Assembly (NCBI RefSeq): GCF_000181795.1
Contig: NW_003526945.1
Coordinates: 1,634,794 to 1,698,793, forward strand
Length of the DNA stretch: 64,000 nt
DNA from: Trichinella spiralis
Taxonomy: Eukaryota
Direction of reading: 5' to 3'
Shown: positions 26,898 to 42,000 of the stretch, piece after piece
Position numbering within the stretch: position 1 is the first letter of the stretch
Layout: each line of letters starts with the position of its first letter
Notes under the pieces: model-generated
Databases searched by the model: none
Told to the model about the DNA's origin: nothing
The model's input: the letters and a program-made list of their open reading frames with translations, nothing else
Made by a program: the position numbers and the translations under genes

Positions 26898-27881
26898 ATG
26901 AGTGATTTTATGACTTTGTCTTCGAAAGAAATGGAGAAGTTGTCAATTATTGAAAAATGCTTAAACGACCGAGATATCAATATGCTTAAAAAGTTGGCAG
27001 TAAGTAAAGGCGGGCTGATATTGGATCACTGTCGACGCAAAGGATGGCTTCTGCTGACGTGTGGTGTTGATGCTCTTCATGAGAACATTGAAAGTGAAGA
27101 ACGTGCTTCTTTACAGAAGCACAAGGAATATAATCAGGTTTATCTGGATGCGATTCGAACGTCATCTCGATTCCCGTCCACTATGCAAAAAGAGCAGCGT
27201 GGATATTACCAACAAGTTTTGTGTCGCATTATTGTTAATATTTTAATCGAAAATCCATCTTTCCAATATTTCCAAGGTTTTCACGATGTTTGCCTTACTG
27301 TTCTGTTAGCCGTTTCTGAAACCCACGCCCTTGCTGTCTGCGATCATTTGGCGAAGACGGCATTTCGTTCATTTTTGGAAAAGCCTCTGGGCAATGCTAT
27401 TGAAAAGTTGGAATTAATTTTGAAAATTGTTCGAGAAACAGATGTTGAAGTTTATGAATTTTTCGAAACCCACTCGTCGAAAGCAGAATTTGCTGTTAGC
27501 TGGATTTTGACGTGGTACGCGCATGTGATACGTGATCATGAACAATTATTTCGTTTGTACGACTATTTTCTCGCATCCGATGAACACATGCCGATCTACA
27601 TGGCAGCTGCTATTGTGCTTTGGCGAAGGTCTGAAATATTGAACCCGCAGTCCGATTATGGAAGAGTACATCAACAGTTGTCCACATTTCCGAAACACTT
27701 CCCAATTGAAGCAGTTATTAATGATGCTCAAGATTTGTACGAAAGTTATCCGCCGATTATTTTTGCCAGTGCTGTCAATCGAATGTTATTCAACATAAAT
27801 CATTACGCTTCAGTTTTCAAGCCCTTCATGCGCCTCATGTTTGGTGCCTCAGTATTTTTATTAGTGACATTCATTAAATAG
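26898..27881 (+). CDS. TBC1D20: TBC1 domain family member 20 (Rab1/Rab2 GAP), single coding exon
   Basis: 327-aa ORF: LAVSKGGL, arginine finger QVYLDAIRT, glutamine finger YFQGFHDV, FAVSWILTWYAH, C-terminal hydrophobic tail anchor. Confidence 0.9.
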   Translation: MSDFMTLSSKEMEKLSIIEKCLNDRDINMLKKLAVSKGGLILDHCRRKGWLLLTCGVDALHENIESEERASLQKHKEYNQVYLDAIRTSSRFPSTMQKEQRGYYQQVLCRIIVNILIENPSFQYFQGFHDVCLTVLLAVSETHALAVCDHLAKTAFRSFLEKPLGNAIEKLELILKIVRETDVEVYEFFETHSSKAEFAVSWILTWYAHVIRDHEQLFRLYDYFLASDEHMPIYMAAAIVLWRRSEILNPQSDYGRVHQQLSTFPKHFPIEAVINDAQDLYESYPPIIFASAVNRMLFNINHYASVFKPFMRLMFGASVFLLVTFIK

Positions 27882-29065
27882 TCATTCTTTTCTAGTTTGA
27901 ACTTTACACGTCTAGCATATACTGCGTATTTAGCTCGAACTTTCGTTTGCAGTTTTAAGTAAAAGTATATGCTCTGCTCAAATTTTAATTTTTTCAACGT
28001 CTGATAGCATTGTTTGTGGAATTTATCATACATTGTTATTATTAAAAATCGTCATTCTTGTTATGCTGTGTTACTGTTTATTGTTGTATTGTTAAACAAT
28101 GTTCAAGTAACAGTAAAAACTGTAATTGAAGAAAATCACTGTGCTCAAACATGGATTACACATCACTGCGTGAATTACCAAAAACTGAAAAATGTTTAAT
28201 GCCTTGAAGAATTCGAGAATGATAGAAATTTATATGCATTAAGACAATTTTTCAATAATTTTCAAATTCAATGCATGCTGAATTGCCTTAACATGTAGTA
28301 GCCCTGTATTACTGTACCAACTGTATCAACTTAATTTTTTTTTTCGACATATGGTACATCCCGCATCAAAGTTCTGCGTAATAACGTTAAAAAATGAAAT
28401 ATTTGACAAATAAAATAACTAAATGAACCGAAAATATTAAATTATATATGTTATACTTTTTAAAGAATAATAAAACACGAAACTTTCAATAAATTCATTG
28501 TACAATGTAATCTTTCAACATTGTCACGTAGTTAGTTTCATAATTCAAACCTGTCCGACATTAAATTTAAGCAGAATTAAATAGCAGCAAAAACTACTTT
28601 GTTATTATAGATAAACTACCAAAGAAAAAATGTTTCAGATATGGTATAGCTAAATTTCAGCACTAGGTTTATATAACGTGGTGTTTCAATTCAATTACGT
28701 TAATTATGTGCACCTTCTCCGTTGACCTCTTAATTTTGATAATAGTACAATGAAAAAACTTTTTTCCAAATATTTTATGTATACGCTACGACATAAAATG
28801 TTTAAGCTACAATGTTTATATTAAAAAACTTAGTTTTTTGATTAAATAATGATGCAGTCGAAAATTGAATCAATGCAGATTCGTGGTTGCCATTTTGAGA
28901 AAATTATTTTTCAATTCTCAAATGAATAATGCATTGAATGGATTTTTTTGTTAATCAAAACAAGATTAGCACGCTATTCCCCGCCTGTCAACTATAACAT
29001 TTCACGTCTGCTTGTTCTATCTTCTGCTTGAAGCATCCAATTTTGGCAAGATTCTTTGATGTAGT

Positions 29066-29374
29066 ATGGAATCTTTCTCTGCTGTATTTGCTGTAGAAGA
29101 ACGACATTTTAATTATGCAAATTTATATTACCAAACTATTCATAGCATAACTTCAAAATTTGAAAAGAATTCAACGATTATGAAAGAGGTATATGTTTTT
29201 CAATTTCATTTGATGTTATTCATTTTAAAGTATGCTTTCCAGAAGTTACGTGTAAAACAAACGAGTTGTAACGAGGTGAGCCATTTTGCCAAACAGAAAT
29301 TCAGCGCTTCTGGAAGCAAATTTCCTCTGAAAACTATGGCAACTACAGAAAATCTAGCACCAGCGCCAGCTTAA
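29066..29374 (+). CDS. Possible small two-exon gene, unknown product
   Basis: ATG ORF with an in-frame GT...AG intron-like segment (gag|gtatat...ttccag|aag). No recognisable motif. Confidence 0.25.
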   Translation: MESFSAVFAVEERHFNYANLYYQTIHSITSKFEKNSTIMKEVYVFQFHLMLFILKYAFQKLRVKQTSCNEVSHFAKQKFSASGSKFPLKTMATTENLAPAPA

Positions 29375-30362
29375 ACGAAAACCGATGTTACGTTTCAAAG
29401 CTGTTCAAAATTTCACATCTTAGATGCAGAATTTATTTTAACATTCTGCTTATTGGATATTGTTTCTTTTTAATATTATGCATTTGTTAATCCATAGAAA
29501 ATAAAATTATTCGTACAATTGTTGTTTGAAAATTTGATTTATACTGAAGAAGTTGCTTTTGAAAAATTGAAAAATTTGTAATACTGAAAAATGAAATTAA
29601 CTGTAAGACACAGCTATTAATTTCGCTTTGCGCATTATTGAATGAGAAATGTGGTCCAGCCTAGTAAAATTGGAAAATTAACATTTCGATCACTTTTTGA
29701 ATCAATGAGATTGAAAAGAAAGCTATTCCGTACGTAATTCTGAGTTATGCATAATACTGATAATAATAATGATAATTCAAAACATCACAACCACTTTCAG
29801 TTGGTGGTAACATTCTAGCATATATATCATAGTTACATGCTTCATTTTTTCAGTTTTTTTAATTAAATAAAGCCCTTTTGCTTGAATCACTTCAGTTTTC
29901 ATCTGTCAGTCAGTATTTAAAGCAAACACATTTCCCAAAATGGCAATCGCATACTAAGCAGCGTATAAGATTAATTGCTTTACTTATTCACTGTAGACAG
30001 CTAGCTGAATGTCGATTAATGTATCAATAACTTGTAAAATAATATTTAACAAAAATTCATTACTTGAAAAAGTTTACATTACAAATTGCATTATTTTCAT
30101 ACTTGAATAAGAATTTACCTACAGTCAACGTTGAAGTGCTTCTCTTCTGAATTTGAACTAGAAAACTTTTAATATACATATTAAAATATTTTAATATAAA
30201 AGTTTCATTTTTATGCTTTTTGCATGGGGAATTTTGATTCAAAATTTACGTAAAACTTGCAGTTTATACAGAGTATATAAATGTTATTTTTACTTTTACA
30301 TTTTACTTTTTTACATTTAAAATCTTCAATTTCACCATTTATATTTATGTTATAGAAACGGT

Positions 30363-31580
30363 ATGGATGCGCCAAAGTTTTCAGAAAATCTTCCATGCAG
30401 GGACTATTTGGAATTCACAGTATGATTTTAACAATTATTAAATATTTTGTTAAATGCTTCAAGAAGATAACTTCACGCAGTCTATAATGAATATCCCATG
30501 CACTTTAATTTTTGAAAAAAGTGTTCATATTTGGAAACTGCTTTTATGTTAACTTCTAGGAAGCCCTTGAAAAAATGCGACAAATCGATAATAAAATTAT
30601 CTTCGAGCTCAATATGACCATTCCGACAAATTCATTTTCTCAAAATATGGATCTCTCTGAGCGGTGCAAAGGTTTATACCAAAAAGTAATGCAAATTTAA
30701 TTCTGAAATACTCTTGAAATTACTCTTTATCATGTTATTTTTAATCCATTATTCAGAAATTTGTATTACTTGCAGTTATTTATTTTTTTGGTTTATTTTC
30801 TAAGGTTTCAAACTTGTATAATGGTCAAGGTAAGAATTCTGCTTGTTCATCTGTTATTATCTTTATGAAAATGATGGACTGGAAAAGAAAGAATAGGATG
30901 CGTGCATTTTTATGCTTTTATTCTGAATTGATAAATTTTAATGAATTTCACTGTAACGCATTCTTTACGCTTTAAAGTGAAATAAATACACGCTATTAAA
31001 CATTGTAATTTGACGTACTGAAGAATTCATTCGCAATATACTGTAAATGATTTTCAAGGTTAGATTTTGTATATTTTAATAAATTTCATGTAAAATACTG
31101 TTTTAAGGAAAAGTTAAATATCTTTACTTGAAATCGATTTGTTGAAATGCTAAACAGAAGCATCTATGAAATTATTACTCATTAGTGTATTGTATTTTGA
31201 TGTACTTTAGCTTCGAAATGCATACGATATCAGACAAGCGGCGATAGTAAAGTGTATTGGTGAATCGCAGACAAGCATATTAAAGTACAAGTCTGAAATG
31301 AAAGAACTGAAAGATTTGGATGCGGTTAAATTAAAAAAGAAACTTCGCTCTGAAGAAGCAAAGGTAAGGTATTCAGTTTCCCATTGCCATATAAATAAAT
31401 GCGCATATTTTGAAATTAAGCTGAAATCACTACAAAGTGAATTAAATGTTGAAGAGGTAATAAAGGAGAGAAGCATGAAGGTGATCAGTTTGAAATTTTG
31501 TCATCTATTATATTCGTTTTCTTTAGGTGTTTTACGAACGCTGTAGAAACGTTTACAAACCAGAAAGTGCACATTTTTGA
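30363..31580 (+). CDS. CCDC58: CCDC58/MIX23 mitochondrial intermembrane-space protein (5 exons)
   Basis: Spliced translation MDAPKFSENLPCRDYLEFT|EALEKMRQIDNKIIFELNMTIPTNSF...CKGLYQK|LRNAYDIRQAAIVKCI...|LKSLQSELNVEEVIKERSMK|VFYERCRNVYKP matches family motifs (MRxIDD.I..ELN..PT; ELNVEEV; FxERCR). Confidence 0.88.
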
Positions 31581-31739
31581 TTAACCAAATAAAACATATA
31601 GGAGTAGAGTTGTTTGAGTTTTATTTTGAAAGCTAAAAAGAAGCTTAAGCAGATAAAAGTTCGTTTGTTAAAATGGGTTTTTTGAAATGAAAATGAAGCA
31701 CTGATCTCAAAATTGTCTATGCATTGTTTTGCATTGAAT

Positions 31740-33720
31740 TTACATCCAAGTTCTACAAAGAGCTAATGTGTGAAAAGGGCCGCAACTGACTTCCTGAACA
31801 TTGCAATTGATTGACACCTAGAATGTGAGCAGCAATGAAAAATTCGAATAGAATATTTGAAAATCACTTGATCCACTGATTACTTTGAATGGAAAAAACT
31901 GTTCTTTGTTATGACCCAAACCAAGAAAGCCGCACTCATTTCTACCCCACATGTACAAGTCGGCTTTGTCTAGAAGTAGGAGAATGTTGGAAGTAATTGG
32001 AGAAGAAAAAACACCGTTGAATCCTTGAAATTACTGTTTATGACAGCAAAGTGAGAAATACCGCCAAAAACGCGAACAGGATGTACCTCTGGTTCAAAAG
32101 CATTTTCTCCGAAAAGCGTCGAAGGCAACAACATTGGCTGAGGTGTGAACCTGGTCTTCGGCCCTAGACCGAGCGGTCCGTATCCCCAAACGAATAATTT
32201 TGTATCGGCTGATGAAGTGAATATTCAATACCAACAATGAAAAACAGTTTCAACCAGCTTACCTGTAAGTGCAGCACATGAGGAACCACTGCATGCAATT
32301 TCTTTCACCCGTCCAATTTTTAAATCCAAATGCCTAGGCAAGTTCACCTAAATGATAAAAGTGTTCAAAAAAATATCAAAGTTTCTACCAAAGTACAATG
32401 TTACCTGCGTTTGCTTGGAGGATGTACCCAGCTGTCTGAATTCCGAATTTCCCCAACCAAAAACGTCACCTTTATCTGAAAATAACAATTGTACAATAAC
32501 CTTATTAAATTGTTGTAATGGAATTTGTCTCATTCACCGGACAATGCTAAAACGCAATCGCCAGCAGAAGAAATTTGAACAATTCGTTCATCTTTGATAT
32601 CCCCTTCGATCATTCCCGGTTTCCAATTGGATTTCGCTGTTCCATTACCTATAAATTATAATATTGTATCAACAAAAAAAGAGTGAATAACAAAAGAAAA
32701 AAAAACAACGTACCCAACTGACCACCATAACCAAAGCCGAACGCATACACATGTCCTTCTGAGTCTAAAACCAACGAATAGTCGAAGCCGCAAACCATCT
32801 GCTTGACATCGGTCGGCAAATCGCGGATGTGATGAACCATTCCTGAACGTTGGTAGTCTTCATTCAAAATTACCGGTCGTCCACACTGGCCGTGTTCGTT
32901 GCTGCCCAGGCTGAATACTATAAAGCATTCTTCTTTCTAAGCAAAATTCATCTTTGAACAATAATTTTGCAATAAAAAAAAGAATTTTTAACTGAACAAA
33001 ATTCGCTCATCCACAGAACTTTCCACCGCTCAATTTTACAGTATACGTAACAGAAGAACATTTTCAAAAATTTACATAAAAAGAAAAACAATAATTTTCA
33101 TACCTCCTTCTTTATCTGTAGCAACTAGTGAATGAGCGCGGCCGCAGCTGACGTGAGTGACTTTTGTTTTCTCCGGATAGGAAAGTGGTAGAGGTAGAAC
33201 TTTTGGTTCAACAACGCATCGCATTGTGTGATTGTTGGGCGAGTGGGGTTGGGATGAAAGCTGAGAATATGTATTCAGTCCAGTTCCATACGCTGCGGTC
33301 AATTTGGATCCCCTTTCACGGCATATGAATAGGGAAAATCCAACGCCACAAGCAATGCCAATAACCTGAAGTGTACAAGTTGAATCAATTTAATTTCACA
33401 AACAAACACGACCATTATATTACGTTATTTTTACTGCCAAACGGAACTAGGAACGGTTTCACCGTGTGAGTCAAGGAATGCAGATGATTTTTCGGTAGTA
33501 AAAATTCTTTGATCCCAAGTTCGCCCATGCTTGCGTGTCCCCACCCATACAGCAGACGTTTGCCCTTTCTCCTTTTGCCCGAAGTATATTGAAAAATGGG
33601 CATATCACCGCTTTCCCATTCGTGTTTGCTTGTACTGTAAGGAAACAAGTGCATCGAGAAGCCAATCTCTTTGCCACGTAAACCTCTCCCAACAAACCGT
33701 GCCAAAGTAATGACTATCAT
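31740..33720 (-). CDS. RCC1L: RCC1-like mitochondrial protein (WBSCR16/RCC1L), multi-exon
   Basis: RCC1 repeats: LYGWGHASMGELG, GTGLNTYSQL, VSCGRAHSLV, GSNEHGQCGR, VCGFDYSLVL...GYGGQLG, FGWGNSEFRQL, VSCGPFHTLAL. Basic N-terminal presequence. Confidence 0.85.
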
Positions 33721-35549
33721 AATTGTATAAATTCTACAAATTAAAAAAAACATAAAACGTTCACGAAACAAACTAATGAAAAAAATAGTACGTAAATGAA
33801 AGTGAATTGCATTCATTGAAGTGCAAATTGAAGCTTTGTTTTGAATATAATACACGAACAGCATCAATAAAATGCCAAGCTAACCATATAGCAATGCAAC
33901 ATGACAATAAATATTTATTACTGTGCACAATACGAGAAAAATTTTATAACTTAATCAAAAGCCCCAAATGATTAAAATTAAAATTCATGTACAGAGCTCA
34001 ACATTTACATTACAATTAACAATGTTTGAAATTTTAAGAATGGCGATGAAATATATTTCGATATATTATCATAAATAGCAAAGTATAAGTTTTATTGAAA
34101 GTCATTCTATCAATCATACAGTGTTTTCAAATGCTCGTCGAAATTAAATTGCATATTACGTTATTTGTCACGTCACAGTATCTTTTCAGATAATGAAAGT
34201 ACAAATTTGAATTGAATGTTAAATGCTGTGTACCAGTTTCGCTACATCAGTTAAAAATATACTTTTTATAAAGAAATTAACTCATGAACATATTTTTAAA
34301 TAAATAATAAAAGATAAACATCAAATATTTAAAGAGATTTAAACTTATTTAATGTTTTTTATTGATATAGATTTGAAAAGTTTTAATTATAAAACTATGC
34401 TATTTCTGTTGCAAGCATTTTATTGTTAAAATGAAACAGTCATTTCTTAGATATTCAGTGAACAGCAAACAGCACTTGCCAACTATAGTACTGTTGCAAT
34501 ATGGTAATTTTAACATTTCAGTGTGATGTTTAATGTTTGAATAAAATAACTTCGGTTAGTTTTAATAGATATTGCAAAGGTAAAACAGACAATCGAAACT
34601 TCAAAATGCTAACATATAAAAATAGAATAGAATGAAATAAAATTGCCCACAACTAGTAGTTCAAAATTTCAAGAAAAAAGTGAAACTAAACAAGCAAAAC
34701 TTATTATAATACTACAGTGTAAACAATTGTTTTACCGGGTTATATAAAGTAAGTAACAGAAAGATAAAAGAATCAATAAATATTAATCGTAGATAAATGA
34801 ACACGCAGTGCACTTATAAAAATGGTATGCTCAGCTGTATATAATAAAATAAAACCTTTTCGACTGCATAAATAATGAAAGAATTTTGACGTTAGCATAC
34901 AATTAGACGGTAAACAAATTACTTGTTCAGCTTTCAGAGCAGTTGTTTGCTTTCGACAGCCACTTTTCAGGAAATTAACAACGGTATAAAAACAGACAGA
35001 AAAAAAAAGAATGAAAAAGCATCAACAATTTTTACTGCCTTCAGCATAAAATATACTTGTATATAGGTATAATTTGTTATTTCAAAATTTCCAGTAATAA
35101 TTGTGTTCGTATCATTCTGCTAAAAATGCTAAACTGACTGCTAACTTACAAAGTTTGTTACTTTTATTTTTTGAGATACTTTATCAGGGCCAAAAAAAAT
35201 TCACTTCGAATGCTACTTGATTCCACATCTTTAAACTGTACATTTTGCTTGTTCAAAATTTCAAAAGTTATTTTGAAATAATAATGGAAACAATTCAAAT
35301 ATTTATATTTAATAAATTTAAAAGGAAATCATCATCAACTCAACTTTAAACATACTGTAATAGATGATTGATTTTTACAAATTTACAAATGAAAATGCTT
35401 TTTAATTAGATTCGTTCAAATATTAATGATCAATAGTGCGCTATTTTAATTTTAAAATGTTTTATTTATGTCAAATAATGAAAATGCCAACTGTTATTTC
35501 TTTTTGAAAAGCAGGTTTGTTGATCGTTCCGTTTACGTCTTACTACTGT

Positions 35550-35945
35550 TCCGTGTTACGTGCCGTTGTGCTTCGGCTGATGATCGGCTGTGTTGGTTGG
35601 TTTCGTTTACCGAAATATTTTCAATTTATATGGAAATATTTTTCATTCATAATTTCGAATAATCCGTCGCTTGTTTTTCAAATTAAATTTGCCAAACAAT
35701 TCCGCCCGTGACGTTTGAATTCATCTTCGCCTAGTGGCTGGGTTGATTGATCGATTGGCACTGATGTAATACGTTTGACGCTCTCTCTGTGCGCAGTTGC
35801 GCACAACGTTGTCTCTCCGAGCACGTGGATTTGATTGTTGTTGTTGACATTAGCATGTGAAAAACAGCCGCAACCGCTTAATTTTTCGTCTGTGAGTTTT
35901 TGCTGCCGAATGTTCGTCTGATCAGACACGCACGCCTACGTCTGT
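35550..35945 (+). promoter_or_regulatory. CpG-richer upstream region of LDH with ACGT-core (HRE/E-box-like) sites
   Basis: TACGTG ~35557 and CACGTG ~35822, plus further ACGT cores ~35535, 35711, 35771, 35938. Confidence 0.35.
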
Positions 35946-36318
35946 TTGCTTACGACCTATGCGAAGGTGAACACGCAGCGTCTGGGAATTTCAAATTCAT
36001 TATCTTTGGCGCCAATTTCCGTGCTGTTGTCTCAGAATTTTGCATAATTTAATTTGCGCTCAGCCTCGCCACACTCTAGGCTTGGCTGTTGTTGTTCAGT
36101 TTGATCCGTTGGCATGTTTGTTTCCACCAGCTGGCTCGGATGACGGTGGTTTCTTGATCGATTTGTTGAAGCAGTCGCCTCTCAGCATTTCTCACCACTG
36201 CATCCTCTCGACACCTGATAAGTCTGATTCAATTCCGGCAGTCTGCATTTTTCTCATTTTTCCTTATTTCTATCGTTGGTCGATTTGAATTATTAGTCGG
36301 CACACAATTCACGCGTTC

Positions 36319-36340
36319 GTGTGTGTGTGTGTGTGTGTGT
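36319..36340. repeat. (TG)n microsatellite
   Basis: About 11 GT/TG units upstream of the LDH start. Confidence 0.9.
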
Positions 36341-36447
36341 CTTTGGGAGGAAGGATGTGTTTTAGCATTTTCTCCGCTTCGCATCTGTAGCGTTGTTTTT
36401 TTCATTGAAATACATTTTTCCTAATTTTTAGTATTCATTTTGTCAAC

Positions 36448-38556
<2,109 letters not shown>

Positions 38557-39063
38557 TTTGCGCCAAAGCAAAGCTGCCTTGACGCCGATAAAGTTTAGTT
38601 GAAAATTTTCCTCTTCAAATTTCGTTCAACCCTAGTAAAAGCGTAAATTTATTGTCTCTTTTTATTAACGCCCACTTTATACTCCTCTCTGCATTGTGGG
38701 TTTGGCTGTGAGCTGATATCAGTAGTGAACACAGCTCATCGGCGTAGTATTATTAATCTTTCTCTTTATTTGCTCTTTTCTAGTTTACCATTTCGAATCG
38801 ACAATTGTTCCTCTTATCTTATGCAAATATCATTTCATTTCCTCTTCTCTTTTCCCCATGGTCCCCGGCAAAAGAGGCCGGTGTTCTTTCTTTTTCAATA
38901 GTGTGCATCGCAACGAAGTGCAACTTTTTTTTATTGCCTCATTTTCCTAGGTGGTGGTGTTGATGATGGTGGTGGTGAATAAAAGTCGAACGACAAATTA
39001 TGAAATATGAATTTTGTTTGCTTGTTTTTTTTCACATACAATGTTCACGTTTTCACACGCCGG

Positions 39064-42000
39064 TCAGAGGAATATCCGCATAGAAAGAGTGAACAGTACG
39101 CAGGCTAAGGCAAGGAAAAATAACGGTGGTCTGGGACTGATTGCGCGCGCATTTTCTGTACCGTTGCAAAAGTCTCGGTCGTTGCAATAGCAGACCGTGG
39201 CCATGCTTCCGAACCACCGACTAGCAACACATCCGCCAGCAGTTAGGTTTCGCTTGTCACTGACCGTCGCCTCCAAACAGCCTTTGCTAACGTAGCGATC
39301 AACTGTAAATAAATAAATATAAACATATATATATATATATGCATATAAATATCATGCACATATAAAATGTACGTATATAATGTTGAAAAAAAGCAATTTC
39401 AAGCTTTGTGAAAAGTCAAACTGACAACTCTGATAAATGGGAACAACTTTTTTAAATGTCTTTAATCATGTGCGTGAGAGACAAATTGTTCACATCTAAG
39501 CAAAATTGATACCTTACCACTTTTGAAGATGTATGTGTTTGTAGATTGAGCAAACATGTTGCACTAAATTATACAGATATGGAGCTGTTGTAAATGTGAA
39601 ACTGAAATCGAATTTGAAGATAAAATTTGAACAAAACTTTACATATAAAAATAATAAACATAATCAATATCCTCAAAGAACATTCAATGAAGAATTTCAC
39701 TGTCATTGTAATGTAAAATTTGAAAAAAAAGAATTCATTTTTGAAAATTATTTGTGAGGTTTCTCGAGAAAAAAAAGAACAAGAAAAAAAATTCAGTTAT
39801 CAATTTGAATAAAATTCATTCGAAATGTTTTTTTCTTTTGAACAGAAGCCATGCTCTGGTTGTTAGTCTCGAGGTTGATTTGATGGTGAAATAGAATTAA
39901 TTGACGATCGCTTGAACAGAAAGACAGCAAAATGAACATCAAATACAAGAAAATGGTTTCATTCACAAAAATAATAAAAAATAAATAAATTTGTCAATTG
40001 AATGAAAATGATAATTCAACCCAGGACAATACAACTAATAAAGAATGGCATTTTCCATTTCTGTGAAGGCTTTCAAATTGAGTTCATCAATGAAAATTTT
40101 ACTTTTTTTCTCAAAATTCACTTAATTTTAGTGAAGAGTAAAATAAATAATGTAAAACAAATGAGCAAAAATTATTCAAAAAATTAACTAAAAATAAGTG
40201 TCCTTCTGTCATGAACGTTGCACATACATCTATATATATATATATATATATTTATTTATATTTATACATCATGCGCGAAAGTGCCAATCAAGTGACATTT
40301 TGATTAGCAAAATAAAAAATGTTGCGCTTTGAATACAATAATTTGGAATATTTTCTTTCACAAAACCGCAAAAATCTCATTATTCAAAGTCACACATTAA
40401 ATTAAATTTTATTTGGCTTATTAATAATGCAAACAATCAGAATTGGCTTCGCCGATACGCGTTTTAAGCTCGCTGAACATTGCAGCTATTGAAAGTTGAT
40501 TCACAATACATCAACTAGATTAATTTTTATATTTTTATTTCAATTAAATAAACTAATTCAAAAATGTGAAACTATGCTGAAGTGAAATGAACGAACTACA
40601 TTTGAACGAACTATATTTGACATGTTCGAAATAGCAACTGAAACCTGTGGGCTTTTATACGGTAGATTGGGTAAAAAAATTTAAATGAAAAAAGTCATTT
40701 CATATTTTGAAAAAAAGCTGTTTGAAAATAAACAACCCATCCAAATTATTGAAAGATAATATTTCGATTTTCGTTTCATCATCGCTCATGCAATTATTTA
40801 TTGCAATTTAGCAACGTGAACTCGTAGAACACGTCGATCCGCAGGTTGACAATATTGCTAATTTCAATCAACACCCTTAATTAATAACTAATTTCGTGTC
40901 TGGATATTGTGGTTGGATAAACAATCTGTTTGGCCAGCGATTCCGGAAGATACGAGCTGAAAGAGCGTGAACGACAAGCGCGGTGGGATTCATTGATCTC
41001 TGAAATTCCTCAGTTGCATGCATGGTAGAAATAGAATGCAAATTTATCGATTGATATAATTAACATAATAACTAACAGAATTGCACTGTGGCAGAGAATG
41101 CGAAGAAGAAACATCAAGCTAGCATGGTGAAAAACGACAAAAGTCCATTTGTAATAATGGCATGTCGTCTGTTTTTTTCTTTCTTCAATTTTTGTAATTA
41201 TCAAATTTGTACAGTATGGAGGGTATGATTTGAAAATTTTGAAATGCTTTCGGATGACAGTGGAAAAGCGGCAAACAAATGCATCGCTATGGTCTCAAAG
41301 CGAACGTAGATTAAAATCAAACATTGACGAATCGTCAACCGACGGACAGTCAATATTTTCATCAATTATAAATAAATCGGAAAAAGCTGACCGCATCAGT
41401 TGTTGTTGTTGGTTTTGATTAATATTTTGTGAAGGTTTCAGAGAAAAGCGTTCAGTCGTTGGATCATTTTACCCATGAAAGAGGAAACTGGCAATATTTT
41501 AAAAATGTAATTAATTTCAACACATCCATAAATGGAATTATTATTCATTTTTAACCGAATCATAATCAATTTTGGTCAATGCTCAGGTTTAGGGAAAACT
41601 CCCTCCAGTTTTTTGTTGATTATATTTTCAATTAGCATTCCTTTTAATCCTGATTAGCAAATAGCATGACCAAGCTAATACGACTGAATTAAAAGATTAA
41701 ATATTCATCGAAATACTTTATATCGATTGTCATTTAAAATAAAAAAAAAGAAATAAAATAACATTAACTAATTATAAATATTGAAAATTTAAACAATTTA
41801 TAATTTTCATAAAATGAGCTGAAAAAATTTACTTTACCTCACTTCAATAATAAGATATTACTATTCCTATTATTATTATCATTATCATTATTCTATTAAG
41901 GCGCTGATTTTGCATTAACCCTGGTAGTGAAACAATGCTTTCTCGCTTGGGATGTCACATTATAATTACAACATGCCGGACTCACGCAGTCTTAAGCATT

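Noticed and set aside
38710..38725. TGAGCTGATATCAGT resembles part of vertebrate miR-24-1-5p (from memory)
   Set aside because: Only 15 nt match, the seed region and precursor do not match, and chance hits of this length to some miRNA are expected in 64 kb.
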